Assembly: GCF_000150275.1 (NCBI RefSeq)
Contig: NW_002060948.1
Coordinates: 4,448,336 to 4,512,335 of the forward strand
DNA length: 64,000 nucleotides
Reading direction: 5' to 3'
Origin: Trichoplax adhaerens
Taxonomy: Eukaryota; Animalia; Placozoa
Under the pieces are notes generated by a model, which ran no database searches, was not told the DNA's origin, and saw only the letters and a list, made by a program, of their open reading frames with translations. Position numbers and translations under genes: made by a program. Shown here in pieces: positions 27,247 to 41,143 of the stretch. Every line of letters starts with the position of its first letter. The first letter of the stretch is position 1.

Positions 27247-30200
27247 CTAAACTCGTGTTATAAGCATGATTTGTTAGTTATGATATTAACAAAGTACCGC
27301 AGTATATAGCCCTAATAAAACGGAATATAGTATTATTCGCAGTTTTTCCGCCAAATGCTTACCAAATTGACAATTTTTAAGAAATTTAATGATACTATAA
27401 TCAAAATCGGCAATAATTGAGTTCCCTTTGCAGGTAGAGCATCCTATCGAAAAGATATTATTCTATTTTAGTATTATCGGTTTCAACTATTAGAATATTG
27501 TTAAAAGCAATGCTAGTACTCATACAGCTAACCAGGTAGATTTGACGTAAATCTTGTTCATTAATGGAGAATCTTTCGCAGGATACCAAACAATCGGTTA
27601 ACTAAGATGTTTACAGCAAAGAGTAAATATAGTAAAGCATATTGAAACGATTATTAAAATACGTTGCAGAATTGAATCCCCTAGATTGGAGAAAGTACGG
27701 TACAAGCTTATAGAGCAGAAGAGAATGTTACTGGGGAGAATGCTACCGGAATCGGCGATTATGAGATGGTACTCTTGAATTAAATAAAATCTGTTTTGAC
27801 ATCTTAAAGTAAAATATGCGCGCATGACATGTAGCTGTAGCATACTACAACATGTAAGTTGGTATGTAGAACACTTAGATATGAATAAGACTGAAATATA
27901 TGTGCATCATATCATCTCAACAATTTTTATTCTTATTTATAATTACAGTATCTCGATGTATTTTAAGCTCCGTCATATCGTCTAATAATTTATAAAATCT
28001 GTTACTTGAAATGAAAGAGACAATATCGTCTTCGATATCATCGGATATAATTATCGGTCACAAGCTTTTTGTTGTTTCATTCCAAGTTTTATAATCCAGT
28101 TTCATAGCAGTGTTAGCAATGATTCACATATACTAGCTATTAGAATTTGTTAGAAGGAGCAAAACGAATCTCCGTAAATGCAATTTGAATATTTAGGACT
28201 GAAAATAGCGCAATCAAACAAAAAGTGGATCTGAAAGGTGTTTATGGCAGTGTTTCCGAAGATTGACTTATTTCGTTTAAGTAAAGAATACTCGGAAATT
28301 TAACGAAAATTTTCATTTATGTTTTGATTTACAATTTCATTCATTGTAACTAAAAATTTGTTGGTGCCAAGATCTGCCTATATTTCTAAAAGAAATACTT
28401 ACGTAAAATCCACCTATCGTATGTCTGTGGAGATCGATATCTTCTGACGCTTTTTCTCTTAATTCTGAATCCATTTTGTTACAGGTTTTGATCAGCTAAT
28501 TTACTACTTTATTCCTCTATCTTTGCGTGATAAAAAACATTCTATGAGCTGCTGATGTTTACATAATAGCGGGAATGTATTATTATGGTTAAAATTGCCA
28601 GAAAAAATTATTTGAAAGAGCGTAAACATGTTTATGTAAATCAAATCCAATTACGAAGGTGTCGAGGAGAGTTCTAGTAATACGGCACGACATATAAACG
28701 GATATAGCATAACTTTTACTAGCTCTCTCCGTAATTATAAGAGATATAAACCCAGGTATTATTATGGATGAATAAGGATGTGTTTAAGGGTATGAACATG
28801 ATCAACTTAATTTTTACTAGGTGTGTAGACTTATATTCAATTCATTTTGTAACCCCAATATTTAAAAGTTAGAAATATATGACAAAAGCAATAAGAATAT
28901 AGACCAACATTCGTATTCTTCAAACTAAAGACTTACGAAATTTGAAATTTTATTGAATTGCTGGAACACAATAATGAAATTTCTTTTACTAGGAAGTAGC
29001 AATTTTGTTTTATATTGTCATAAAATCTTTGTAGTAAAGGATAAATTGAATCAAAATTTATATCATAGAATAGATAAATAAAGAACTTAGTCTTAATCGA
29101 TAAAGTCAATGCTGCCTTTCTTACAGATGTTTAGCACGGACTGATACATTACCAAGAAATGGAAACTAGCAAAATTATGCCAATTCTTTGATCTACTAAC
29201 TGTTGTATCGTATTCGAAGTTATTGGTAAATGTTTAAATAGATTACAGAGATGAGTGCCGATTTTTAGTAATTGCTATTTTAATCGGCTGATTTCTTTAC
29301 GCTAGTTTTACTGTAGTTTGAATGTATGATCGCTTACAAGATGAGATACGGAAATCTTAAAACTTTATGGTCTTAATCTATCTGTTCTGTGCCATACTGT
29401 ATCGCTTATTCTAGATCTCTATAAATATTTCCATATAAAATGAAATATGATAACATTGAGATTTCTGATCTTAATCAATTAATTTACTCTACATCATATT
29501 GGTCATGCTACTATCATGTAGTTATTCCTACATTTTCATCAATAACAATCAATGAAATCATGTTTTAGCAGACATATGCTATAAGAAATTGAATAAATGT
29601 CTTTAAATGAACACATTTCTGATGATCTTGGACTCGTATACAAGCATGTATAAAATACATTTCAGGATATCATAGCTTTTACTCGCTAGACATTGATCTT
29701 GTTAGCTTCTTAATTATGTTATGATTTTTGAAGATTTGCTGTTAAAATCATAAATTCGATGCATTAAGATTGAAATAAAATTTAAACAAATAGTTAAGGG
29801 AATTACATCGTGCAAGCCTTATACTGTAATATAATTTATGTTAGCTTTCAAATTCTACTGATATTAAATTTTTTATCAGAAACGGCTATTTCGATATAGG
29901 CAATTGAAGACTTATCAGAACCGAAACAGGGCCATTTTTGACTTTAACAAACAACAAAAATATGCCCTTGTAAAGTTTACTGCTAAAGAGTGATACCAAG
30001 AGTAATTATAAACAATAAACATTAGTTAGTAATAAATATTTTTGACCTACAGGAAATAACACTGAAATCCCCAGATTTGCATACTTACATTTGCTCTTAA
30101 TATAAGGTGCCACGAATGAAGAAATCACGGCTTTTTTTCTGGAAAGCCAAGAAGGAAGGATGATAATTCCTACTTTAAAGCCAGAGCTACCAATCTACAG

Positions 30201-31384
30201 GCAAATTTGTAGGATCTATGCGCAGTCTTTTCGGTAATCAGATACTCCATTAAAGTATCTGAAAGACTCTACTCCCTTCCCTGTAGATATACTGTAATAC
30301 TAGGCTAATAGCTTAAGAAACCAATGAGTAATGTCCGAAAAGATCTGTCTTTCAAATTGGATCGAGCTAAAATAGCTACAGATGCCTTTAAATCGTCTAC
30401 GTGTAAATTGCGCAAATTTCAACGCCAATATCTTCATGCCAATAAATTATCATCTAATATTTTAGTTGACGAAGTCTAGAAAGTGTACGGATAATAACAG
30501 ATTTGTCAACTATCGCCAAGGTAGAAGTTCATTCGCTGATTTGTGGAGCTCATCCATGACGCATGGGTTTAAATCTTTTTAAGCCCATTTTACAGCCTCT
30601 GATTTCCTTTATTGTGTTCTGTCTGTAGAATCAAATACCCATAATTTTAGCAAACTTCGACGATAAATTTTGATTTCATTTTTAACTTGATCCTTATATA
30701 CGTGTAAGTAACCTGTTACTGTCTATGGGATTTATAAAGCGTAAATTTTTTTATGTGCATGAACTTGAAATCGAATTCAAGTATCAACCACTGTTTTCAA
30801 ATTGGAGTAACCCATCTATAACTAAAGTGAAAGTAATAACTTTCGGCCGACTTTGACGAATCTCAGACGTCATAGCGGAAAGTAGCTTTCTTGAGGAGCT
30901 CTTATTCCTCTAAAATGGTATTGAAAAGGATCATTTGGATTAAAATGAGGTTTAAGTTAATTTGTGCGATGATGCCCAAAATATCAAGGTCCGCCTAAAT
31001 TAGGGTAAAGATCCTTTTTCTCTTTGGACGAAAAACCTCAACTGGATTGAGTATTCAACTCATGCTTGTGTGTATCTTGCAATCTTGGCCAGAAGTTAAT
31101 GAGCTGAATCTTGGTATGGATTAAAAAGATTTTCTTCATCAAAGTTTGATAGAGTTAAAAATTAAATTTTGTTCTACAATACTGCACCAAGCTCCTTATA
31201 AATTAAGTCTATAAATCATTGAGTAAAGATTTTAATTACTAATGTTTAGATTTGAAGGCATACAAAACTATTTAGATTAGTCTAAAACTTCATCAGTAAT
31301 GGATTTGTTGAGGCTTTAGTCATCTATGTCGCCGTTTTTACTATTAAAATAGGCTACTATGACAATTATTTGTGCACAGTTTAT

Positions 31385-31672
31385 TTAGTGTTTCATTCTG
31401 CGTTTAAGATTCTTCTAAAGGTGAACCACATTCATATTATCCATCAAGAAATCATCCAAAAAATAAAAACTTTATAGTTTAGGACTTTAATATTAAGCTG
31501 AGACACTACGTTTAATTAGTGTTTCATTCTACGCTTAAGTACTGGTAATTAAGATTCACCTTCAGGACTCTCCTAAAGACGAACTACCTTCTCGTTATCC
31601 ATTAAGAAATTATCCTAAACATAAAATCAGTATAATCTAGGACTTTAATATTAAATTGCAACACTATATTTA
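31385..31672. repeat. Diverged direct tandem duplication (2 units, about 130 and 160 bp) 3' of NBL1
   Basis: Shared anchors TTAGTGTTTCATTCT, TTATCCATYAAGAAATYATCC and TAGGACTTTAATATTAA in both units. Confidence 0.85.
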
Positions 31673-32204
31673 AAATTACATAAAAGTCACTCATTTGTTG
31701 TCATTTCTATCAAACGAAAATTTTATAACACGGCTATATTATGGAATTTACTTTTCGGAGTAATCATAAAATGCAGTATTGCAACCTCTCATCTAATTTA
31801 AAAACTGTTTTATTAGTCAGCAATCTAATGATATTACAAATGCAAGGATATGTACATTAGATTACGAATTCATTGCTAAACAAGTCACCATCGAATTTAA
31901 TCATTTAAGTATCGAAATAGCCTTATTTCGGTCAAGAAATAAGAGTAAAATATGAGTTATAGATGCAAAAGGCTTATAAAAACACTTCGAAATAGCTAAA
32001 GTATTAAAGTACGCCATTTTTTTACTGGAAGAGAGTTAATATATATGACTACACTTATACCACAAGATAATTGACCTCGGAAATGACCCCTAGTAGTTCA
32101 AACGACTTATACTCTTATTGATCAGATAGTTCAATTCTGAAGTCGTCTATTTCGTTATCAATCGGTAGCACCAAGATAGTAACACAGAAGTTTAGAGAAA
32201 CATT

Positions 32205-32906
32205 TCAAGATTTGGTGTGGTGGCATCGTCTGCAATCGCAAGATCTAATGTATTGCACTAATTTATCCACATTATTTTTTAACGTTGGACATTTTAATTC
32301 GACTGTATTCCAAGTATGATCGACAACATGGCAGCATTCACAATGTTGCAAATTTTCTTGCCCGGCTTCTGGCGGATAGCTTTTAGGTATTCTGTAAGAA
32401 TAGCACTGACCGACACAAATATGATTGGAAATTGTCTAAAAAGGAAATGAATTTAAAAGATCAAAAAATTGTAAAAGTAAAATGAGATGATCTTGAATGA
32501 CGAATACGTATGATATTAATTTTACAAGCCGATTGCACAATTCTTGAAAATGTATTGCTATCGGTAATTTCTTACAAGAATAATATATATAATATACCCG
32601 TCCATAAATGAGTAGGAAACTTACTTTACTTATACATCCTGGATGGCTCAAAACTTGCTCGATCTTAGCAAGTTTACACCAAGCTTTTTGATTTGGTGCT
32701 ATCGGTAATTGCGAAATACCATAACTATGATGGCTGTTTATGCTATCTTCTACCGAATTGCTAGTCTGATGATCGTAAAGTTCAGCATTAGCAGTATTGG
32801 TACTATTTTTGTCTTGGCTGTTGACTTGAACGTTCTCAGTGCTTGCGGTTATGATGGTTATTGTAGCAAGAATGGTTAAGAGATGTAAAAGCCGATTATT
32901 CGTCAT
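32205..32906 (-). CDS. NBL1: DAN-family secreted cystine-knot BMP antagonist (NBL1/DAN type), 2 coding exons (32906-32625, 32435-32205), 170 aa
   Basis: Signal peptide MTNNRLLHLLTILATITIITAS; knot PNQKAWCKLAKIEQVLSHPGCISK|TISNHICVGQCYSYRIPKSYP..LQHCECCHVVDHTWNTVELKCPTLKNNVDKLVQYIRSCDCRRC, matching NBL1-specific AWC, GQCxSYxxP and VDKLV features. Confidence 0.92.
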
Positions 32907-33457
32907 ATTCCATCTACTAGCGAAAATATTAAAACGACGAAAATTAAGTCTACTAAATGAGAAGAAACTGAAACTAATCGATAACAATATAACAGAAAAC
33001 TTTTAGTTATCGGACGGAAATAATTCAATAAATGGAGCAAAATGATGGAAGTAGGAGTTTCATCATCTACACAGGTGGAAATTACCGTTATATCAATGAA
33101 GGTAGAGATGAAATTTTTAAACAAATACTTTTTTTAAGTGTAGTTTACGAGCGCTGCTATGTGGATACTAAATATAAATATGTTTCGACAGTCTAAAAAT
33201 ATATGTATGCTAGTACAACAAAATTAAAATTAGATTTTGTCGTTAAATCATTAGTTTATTTGCCATCCATTCAATTCTACAATTTCAAAGTTAGTCAATG
33301 ATAAAATAGTAAAGGTATTGATTAATATTAATAAAATTTTTCCAACTGTTTAGAAAGAATAGAACTCGACGTAAGACATGATTGGTCTTGATTAGTAAGC
33401 CACTGATCTTCGATTATATTATCATTAATCTACGTATCCATTTCTCAGTCGCAAAGT

Positions 33458-33998
33458 ATTACTATCTACCTCATTTCTTTCTTATTCATAGTTTAAACAG
33501 ATCCATTTTGTAAAATTTGGAGTCAGAAAAAATGGGTTGTTTCCTGATTGTACACTGTACACTATACAGTATAGATAACTTAAGTTCAATCTATGTTCAT
33601 TAGATCTGTTAATCTAACTAATGAAAAAAGTTCAAATTGATTAAAAGGTTAAATTTTTATTGTAGTTTAAGTTGAAAATAACCTATCGCAACATATGCTA
33701 AATTAAACTGCTTTAATTAATGATTATTAATATATTCATCCCTCCATCGCAATACATTGCTATCCACCTCATTTGCCATTTGATCATAGTTGAAAATTAA
33801 TCCATTTTTGCAAATTTTGGAGCCTCAAAAAATATGTCTTCCTTATCGTATAGTATAGGTAATTTAAGTTCAATCAGTCTTTGTTAGATCTGCTAATCTA
33901 ACTAATAAAAATATTAAAATAGATTAGAAGATAAAATTGTTACTATAATATAAGTCGAAAGTAACCTTTCACAATATACGTTAAATTAAACTACTTTA
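33458..33998. repeat. Diverged direct duplication (about 250 bp units at 33458-33715 and 33756-33998) upstream of NBL1
   Basis: Shared CTATCYACCTCATTT, ATCCATTTT, TTAAGTTCAATC, TTAGATCTGYTAATCTAACTAAT and TAAATTAAACTRCTTTA. Confidence 0.85.
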
Positions 33999-35929
33999 CC
34001 ACGCACTCGTTTAACTTTAAGATAATATTGTTCCTCTTGTGCATTATGCTAATCTAATCAGCTTTTGTCGAAATGATAGATAATTTGTTACAGTTGATTG
34101 TTACATTGCGCGGGCATCACTCTACACGCGATAAAGAACTTAAAATTGTTTCGAGAGAAATTTAAGAGTGTTATATTGAGTCGATTATAACCTTATGTAT
34201 TAGATACATGTGTGACTAAACTTCTTTACAACGCTATATTCCGACTTTAAATAGTTTGTTTCCTCATCACATCGTTTAAAACCAATCAACGTCTGTTAGA
34301 AAGATGACGAATTTGATCAAAGTAGCTCGATTACAATATTATGGCTTCACTATCGTCTATCAATGTCATTGATGAAAAATATCAATAGAAGTAGAAGAAG
34401 AGTTTGCTAATATAGGTTATGTAATATTGAATCAATCGTAAACTTAGACATACATAAGATTATAAATTTCAGATATGGGTCAAGGTCCAGTAATCAATCA
34501 TCCATTCTACGATGGACGCGTAGAAGGAAGTTCATGGCGATTGTGTGATCAATTTATTGATTAGGATAATTACTTCCATTCCACTACTGTTTACTCACTA
34601 TTCCACCGCTATATCTTAAATGGGATAGCAAATCGATTAACGCGGTATTACAACAACATCAATCTGCTTTCTAAATCAATCTATTCTCCATATTGGATAC
34701 AACTTACATGCTGATTAGGAGGAACTGTTGTAAAATACTGATTCAATCAGTGAGTATAGAAAGGTTTCAATTTTTCAAATCTTCCAATTTTACAAGTAAA
34801 CATGAAATCTTTCGTTCTTGAATGCTTTATACTGTTCATGCTCAATGTTTCTATAGGCATCCATTCTCTATTGACGTCGAAGCGATTGGACACCTACCGA
34901 TCCGTCATTATTCTACGTATCCGTCGTCATGTCGATCTATTGTGTTATAGCTAATTCCTGGTTATCCATGAGTCAATTATTGCTTATTTTCTTAGCATTA
35001 ACTATGATGCAAGCAGGCTTTTGTCTAGGTTAATTTAATAAAAATAATAAAATGCATAATCGTAATCGTCTGTTCTTTGCCGCTGTAATGGCATGATTGA
35101 TTGTCATTTTTGCCTAAAAAATATGGTTGTGGAAAAGAGTATATTAATCCATTGAGTCAGTCATGCATTCCTGAATTTGAGGATTTCGTAGGCTTAGTCG
35201 CATTGACCCATGCAGTGTGCATTAGGGCATCGATGTTATTATACACAGTTTGATCTCTTCATTTATTTTTAATCCATAGTAATGTTAAACATGGATGTAA
35301 TTATCGAGCAAGAGCATTCTAAGCTCGCTAACAAAATGGTATACGATTCAAAATCTGTTGATGATCAGAAATAGGATACTATTTGATTGAGGATAACATG
35401 CTAAGAATCTGTGCATACTTGCGTCTTGTAGAAAACTTTATTGAAGGGCTGGCTATTTGATTAACAGAACACCAGAATGGATCTCTGTTGAGTACGCGTG
35501 AATATTACTGGCAGCTTGTTTGAGGCATGTTTGCTATTCGACTTGTGATGAACCACATGATTATGTAGCATAACTGGTTAATAGGCTGGAAGATTAAGCA
35601 TAGCTTTGTTACAGAATTCGACTAGTAATGAACCTCATATTGATATTGTATCTTTGTTAACTTGCTTGCATATTCTATAAAGCTTCGTTAAGGATTATAA
35701 TATAATCACAATGTACTCCATGGTAATATTTAGTCCGTCTTCAATGACCATGCTAGTATATATTATACCATCGACTTCTTAACAACAATTTCCCTCTACA
35801 AGTCCCGCACCCCTAACTTAGGGTTATTCGTTTTTATAAAATTTTCCGGCCTACCTTTTTCCGCGATTTTTGGTTGTCATAGAAGGTAGCATACAGAGAC
35901 AAAAAATTAAATAGTTATCAATGAGTAGA

Positions 35930-36268
35930 CCTGATTTTCATTCTCTAAATATTATATCTAGACTGCTTGTATTAGAAGTCAGGCGAAAATCAAGGAGAAA
36001 GTGTATCTATGGTATTTCATAATGACTGGAACTACCCTTGTCCTACTGGCTAAGTTATAGATTGTACGATGATAAAGATTTATTTCGGAACATTGTAGCC
36101 CTGATTTACATTCTCAAAAATTCGTATCTAGACTGCTTGTATTAAAAGTTAGCCGAAAATTACGGAGAAAAGAGTATCAGCAGCTTTTCATAATAGAAGG
36201 AACTACCTCAAGTCTCTACTGGCTAAGTAACAGATCTTACCCTGATCGAGACTTCTTTCGGAGCATGC
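35930..36268. repeat. Diverged direct tandem duplication (2 x about 170 bp)
   Basis: Shared CCTGATTTWCATTCTC, TATCTAGACTGCTTGTATTA, GGAACTACC, CTACTGGCTAAGT and TTTCGGARCAT. Confidence 0.88.
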
Positions 36269-37791
36269 CATTGGAGCAATAGCACGGCCTGCACTGAAAC
36301 TCTACCAGTGTTAATGCTTGATTATCCTATTGAGTATTGCTGAAGAACTTCCTTTTGCCTAGCAAAATACGAGTATACAATTAATTTACTGTACATGTTT
36401 GGCCGCTGCAGGCATGCTTGTACTGGTACCTTGTATATCTGTAGAGTTTTTTTAATGTTATCAAGAACTTTGCTGAAAAATATGCCGGAAGCGCGTGTAA
36501 TAAAGTTCAAGCTTAATTTATAGAATTTGTTGAAGGATATATCCTTTCTGATGTGTGATCAATTTTTGTTCACTATCGGCTTCTTCTTTAACTTGTTCCT
36601 TCTATAACGAAAAAGCATCCTGAATTAATTAAGGAAGACCAATGCGATTGTTAGTATGCACTCTATTTGATATTTATACCTTCATAGTGATGCGGCTACA
36701 TAATATCATTCGACTAGCAAAGCATACTTGTACTTCTCCGTTGTGAAATGTACGCTATTAATTTAAACTGTTAACGTATCACTTTTTCATAGATGTTCTC
36801 ACCGATAGGCTCATATACTGTTATAGAATCTTGTAAAGGATTGATCATTCGGTTTACAAACGAGTACAACATATTGATATTTAATTTGTACTGATAAGTT
36901 CGAATAATATCTAGAACTTTGTTAAAAACGATACTATATTATTTGACTGCTAATGGACTGCATAATATTATTCAATGACTGCTAATAATTTATACCTCAT
37001 GTATGATAAGCGTGGAAATTTTAGTAATGTATGAGATAGGGCTAGAAATGGCGTCGTTCGACTAAAAGTAGAAGCCATATTGAGGAATAGACCGAAGCTA
37101 CCAAGCAAGACCTAATAATAATTAACCAATCAATTGATTGTTACTACATTCGCAGATTATGTCGCGTTTGCAGAGAAATATACAATTTAGATTAAAAGTA
37201 TATAACATATTGATCGTCAACCACAGCAACAATTTTTCGTAGAAGCTGCTATCATACAGCGCAACTAGTGTACAACATGTTGTTCTATAAGCTCTGTATG
37301 CTCTAGAAATTAGCCTAGCAGGCTTGGTGAGAACTTGCTAATCGAACAGAAACGTAATATTTACTGATATTTAGTCGTCTACGAACATAATTATGGTCAA
37401 GTTAGAACACGTACTTATTACAGTAGCGATCTTACTGAGTTAATGTTTTAGGATTAAATCGCCTAAAAGTAAAGTTGTAATGATTTACGTCAATTACACT
37501 GGCTATATTATCTTAGTTTATAGGCTGAAATACTAATATGGAGAAAACTATACATTACTGTTTGAATTTTTTCTCATAGTTAAAATATTTCAAACAGGAC
37601 CAAATGTGTAGCATTATGATCACTCTGAGTTGAATAGACGATATAGGCTAGTATAAAAATTAAAAAGGGGCTAGCTAGTCAAAGTTTTCAGTTTTAGTTA
37701 GCTACGTAGAATAACGTATTAATGTACATTTCTCGGATATTTTCAACCGCAACTTTATTAGTAAACATTGTATACTGTACATAAATAGCAT

Positions 37792-38205
37792 ATCACCGAA
37801 CTTTTCGTATGAAAACTAAAATTTACATCAAAATTCAATAACAAGGCCTTACTACAGCAGTAGTTTTATGGTATCCCTAATTTCCCATATTGCATATGTA
37901 ATACTCGTTCTAGGCTCTACTATAAAAATAAAAATACAAAATAAAATTCAGAGGCATAATACCGAACTTTTTGTATCAAAATCAAAAATTACTCCAAAAT
38001 TTAATTAAAGTCCTTATTAATAGAGATTTGATGATATCCCGAATTTTCCATCGTGTACTGTACGAATGTACAGTATATTAGCGTACAAGCAGTACTCGTT
38101 ATAGAGTTTATTATAGTCTAAATTTCCGTAGCTAATCACCGAACATTTTACGTCAAAACCAAAAATTACATCAAAATCAATTATATGTCCTTATTCAACG
38201 GCTAG
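37792..38205. repeat. Diverged tandem triplication (period about 170 bp, third unit partial)
   Basis: ACCGAAC..TT..GT..AAAA..AAAAWTTAC..CAAAAT..CCTTA recurs at about 37795, 37961 and 38138. Confidence 0.82.
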
Positions 38206-41143
38206 TAGGGAGCTGTTAGAAATCCAGGTATGTGATTACCTTTAAAGTATAAAAGGCATTCTAAAAGTATTGAAATTTGCCTAATAAAGTAGCACAATAT
38301 AGCCTAGTCCATAGAAGATTAAACTTTATAGTTGCCAATTATAGTAATAGCGCAAACACTGCCTAGTGTCGACAACAAATTTCAGCTTTCGCAGCATCGA
38401 ATTACAATTGAAGTATTTTTGGCTAACGAACTCAATTGATTTCGAGATCTCAAATTAACCAAATTTATACACCTAAATCCTATTTTAGCAAGTAAATTCT
38501 TCATAAATGAAATCAAAATAGTAACCTCCAGGGATTTTATAATCTTATCGACCTTAAATGTATATGCTGTTTATGCTTGTAATTTTACTCCTTGGAGATA
38601 TTTAGGAACACTTATTATGTAGTCTTTAATTTCTTACTAAATAGACAAGGCGATTAGGTTGACTACTTTTAAGCGTGTTAGCCATATAATCCAATACAGA
38701 ATAATCGGCTAGGATTTAGCAGGAAGAAGAAAGAAGCTGTTGGACTAATCTAATCTACAAAAATATAAAGTGTAAAGTTCCAATTTGATAGAGCGACTAT
38801 TTTGGGGGGGTTTGCTTCAACTCCATATTGATAGCGTGAACTTCATTTTGGCTGATTAACAACGCCAACAAGCTCATGAAGATAAACTGTTGGTGATTTT
38901 ACATGTCTTCTTCTGTTAATTAATTGGTGATTAAGATATTGGTGTCAAGATATTTACTTCATCACTAAACGAATGGACATTTCAAAGTGTAAATTTACCT
39001 TCGATGTAGGATCATTTTTTATGTATTAGAAAATATTAAACATGCAAGACATAAACGTTGACTATCTTTTAATTCTCTCAATTTAGGGTATACCTCTTTT
39101 TAAAATAGAACGGCGTAAAAGTTTCGATGTTGATTTCTTTGATACTGTCATCAGAGTAAGTAATTTCGGTTAATGACATATTTCCCTTTTACTGAGTATT
39201 CTGGCATTGTCATACAGTATATTGATGTTGAATTTTTACAGTTAAAAAAAAATTTAAAATCTGTTATATTAAGTTTAAAATTGAATAGTCATCGAACGTT
39301 ATGAATCTGAACGATGTACAACTTGACTATTTTAGGATTTAAGATCAAGCAAGAAAACTCCCACAAGCAACGTTAAAATCATATTTCAAGAACCGTTTAT
39401 GCAAGTTGCATTTAAGAATACAAATGAGGTTAGAATTTACAGTGGATCTATTCGATGAAAAAATTGAAATGTTCTAGTGTTATTAACACGAAGGAGGAGT
39501 CTACGAATAAACGCAATTTCGAAATGCTTATATTTAGTCTCTGTTGCCTAAGGTTCTAAAGATTGAAAAAAAATTCATTGTGAAATCTTATCTTCGAAGG
39601 GATACTTTGTACCTTCGATTGCGAATCCAGGAAAATGATTTATTCGATGACATTTTGGCTATATTTACAAAGACTAGTTTAGACGTAAGTTTATCCACTT
39701 AACTAAATTGATCTCTGGATTTCAAATTATTGGCCTAAGCATTTGGTAATTATTTCCGTTTTTTTTCGATGGAATCTACCACCTCTAGCGTTGCGTGTTT
39801 GAGATAATGCTTTACAAATTCTTTCAATTGGTAACTATCATTTTTCATGAAGTTGTATGAAAGTACACTACTTGGTCTATATAACTTTTTTCATCGATTT
39901 TCAATTTTTAGCCGGATAGAACATTTTCTCTAGTAAAACAAGCAGAAGAACTTGATAGGAAATTATATTATAGCCAAAAGATGTTAGATTAATGAAATGG
40001 TAATTATTGTGTTATAAGAAAGCTCATAATATAAGTGTCCGTTGCGTAAAAATATCAGTTATTACTGTTCCTACAGAAAATTAGACTGGGTATCAGATAG
40101 TCGTTCGCTCAATGTGTATAATACTGTAGTATGTCAATACTCTATCAGTTAGAAAGTATAAGGATATCGTTTATTTTCTATTATTACCAAAAACTGATTG
40201 TAGCTTATCTCGATATTTTTGATTGGTATAGTGAGAATTTATCACACCACATGCATCGAAGGCAAAATCATGGCAATACGAGCATATATTGGTCTTCCAT
40301 TACTATATAGAAACGTGCTTTAGTTGAAGTAATTACGGCTAAGATAAAATTGCATCGTAACAATTATATATTAAGCATAACTTCGTTTGCCCGTTGGATC
40401 AAGTTGAACTTTTACAAATATCTAGATTTTATGATAGCATCCATAACCAAGGCTATAACCCAGTTAAGTAAGTTTAAGCGTAGTACTTTTTATTTCATGA
40501 TAATGTAACTAAAATACGCATTGGAGGTCATACGAAGGAAAATGTTGAACAAATATCTTGGCGAAATCGAAAATGATTGATTAAATAGTTACTTCGAAAT
40601 TTGTATCAACCATCTCTGATTACTCATAATTTTTATGGCGCTAATTTAGGCATATATCAAAGAGTTCTCTAGGTTGAAACTATTACCATAACTAGTTGGC
40701 TGTCTTAAATTTCAGTTCGATATTACGACACTTACGATATGCTACAGGTTAAATCTCAGATAGCAAGGATATTGTAAATTGCAAATACTTGAATAAAATT
40801 TAGTCCTATAATCACATGTTTGTGTGAGGACAGCGTATCGTACAGAAGTTCAATACCAATATAAAGATAAATTTTCGAAAAACTTTGCAATGTCAAGTGT
40901 CCTACACCAATGGTATGGTTAATACGGTTATTCATTAAGCAAGTTTGGCAACTAGTCTGCAAAACTGTATCTTAAGAACGTAGGAAGTTAAAGTGGTTAA
41001 TACTTAAAAGCAATGATTAGTACAAAATCGTAAGGATTGAATACTAATAGTTGCATCACTTGCAAATAAATCTAATCATCAATGACAGTTTGTTAATAAA
41101 GTCTAGGGCAGAAATCAGTTTCATAATTCTAACTCAAAATAGA

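Noticed and set aside
28058-28060. In-frame TGA between two protein-like stretches (possible selenocysteine or readthrough)
   Set aside because: No redox motif context, no recognisable SECIS, and exon status is unproven.
30107-30235. AG..GT-flanked open stretch (ATNEEITAFFLESQEGRMIIPTL...)
   Set aside because: No recognisable homology and no partner exons found; could easily arise by chance.
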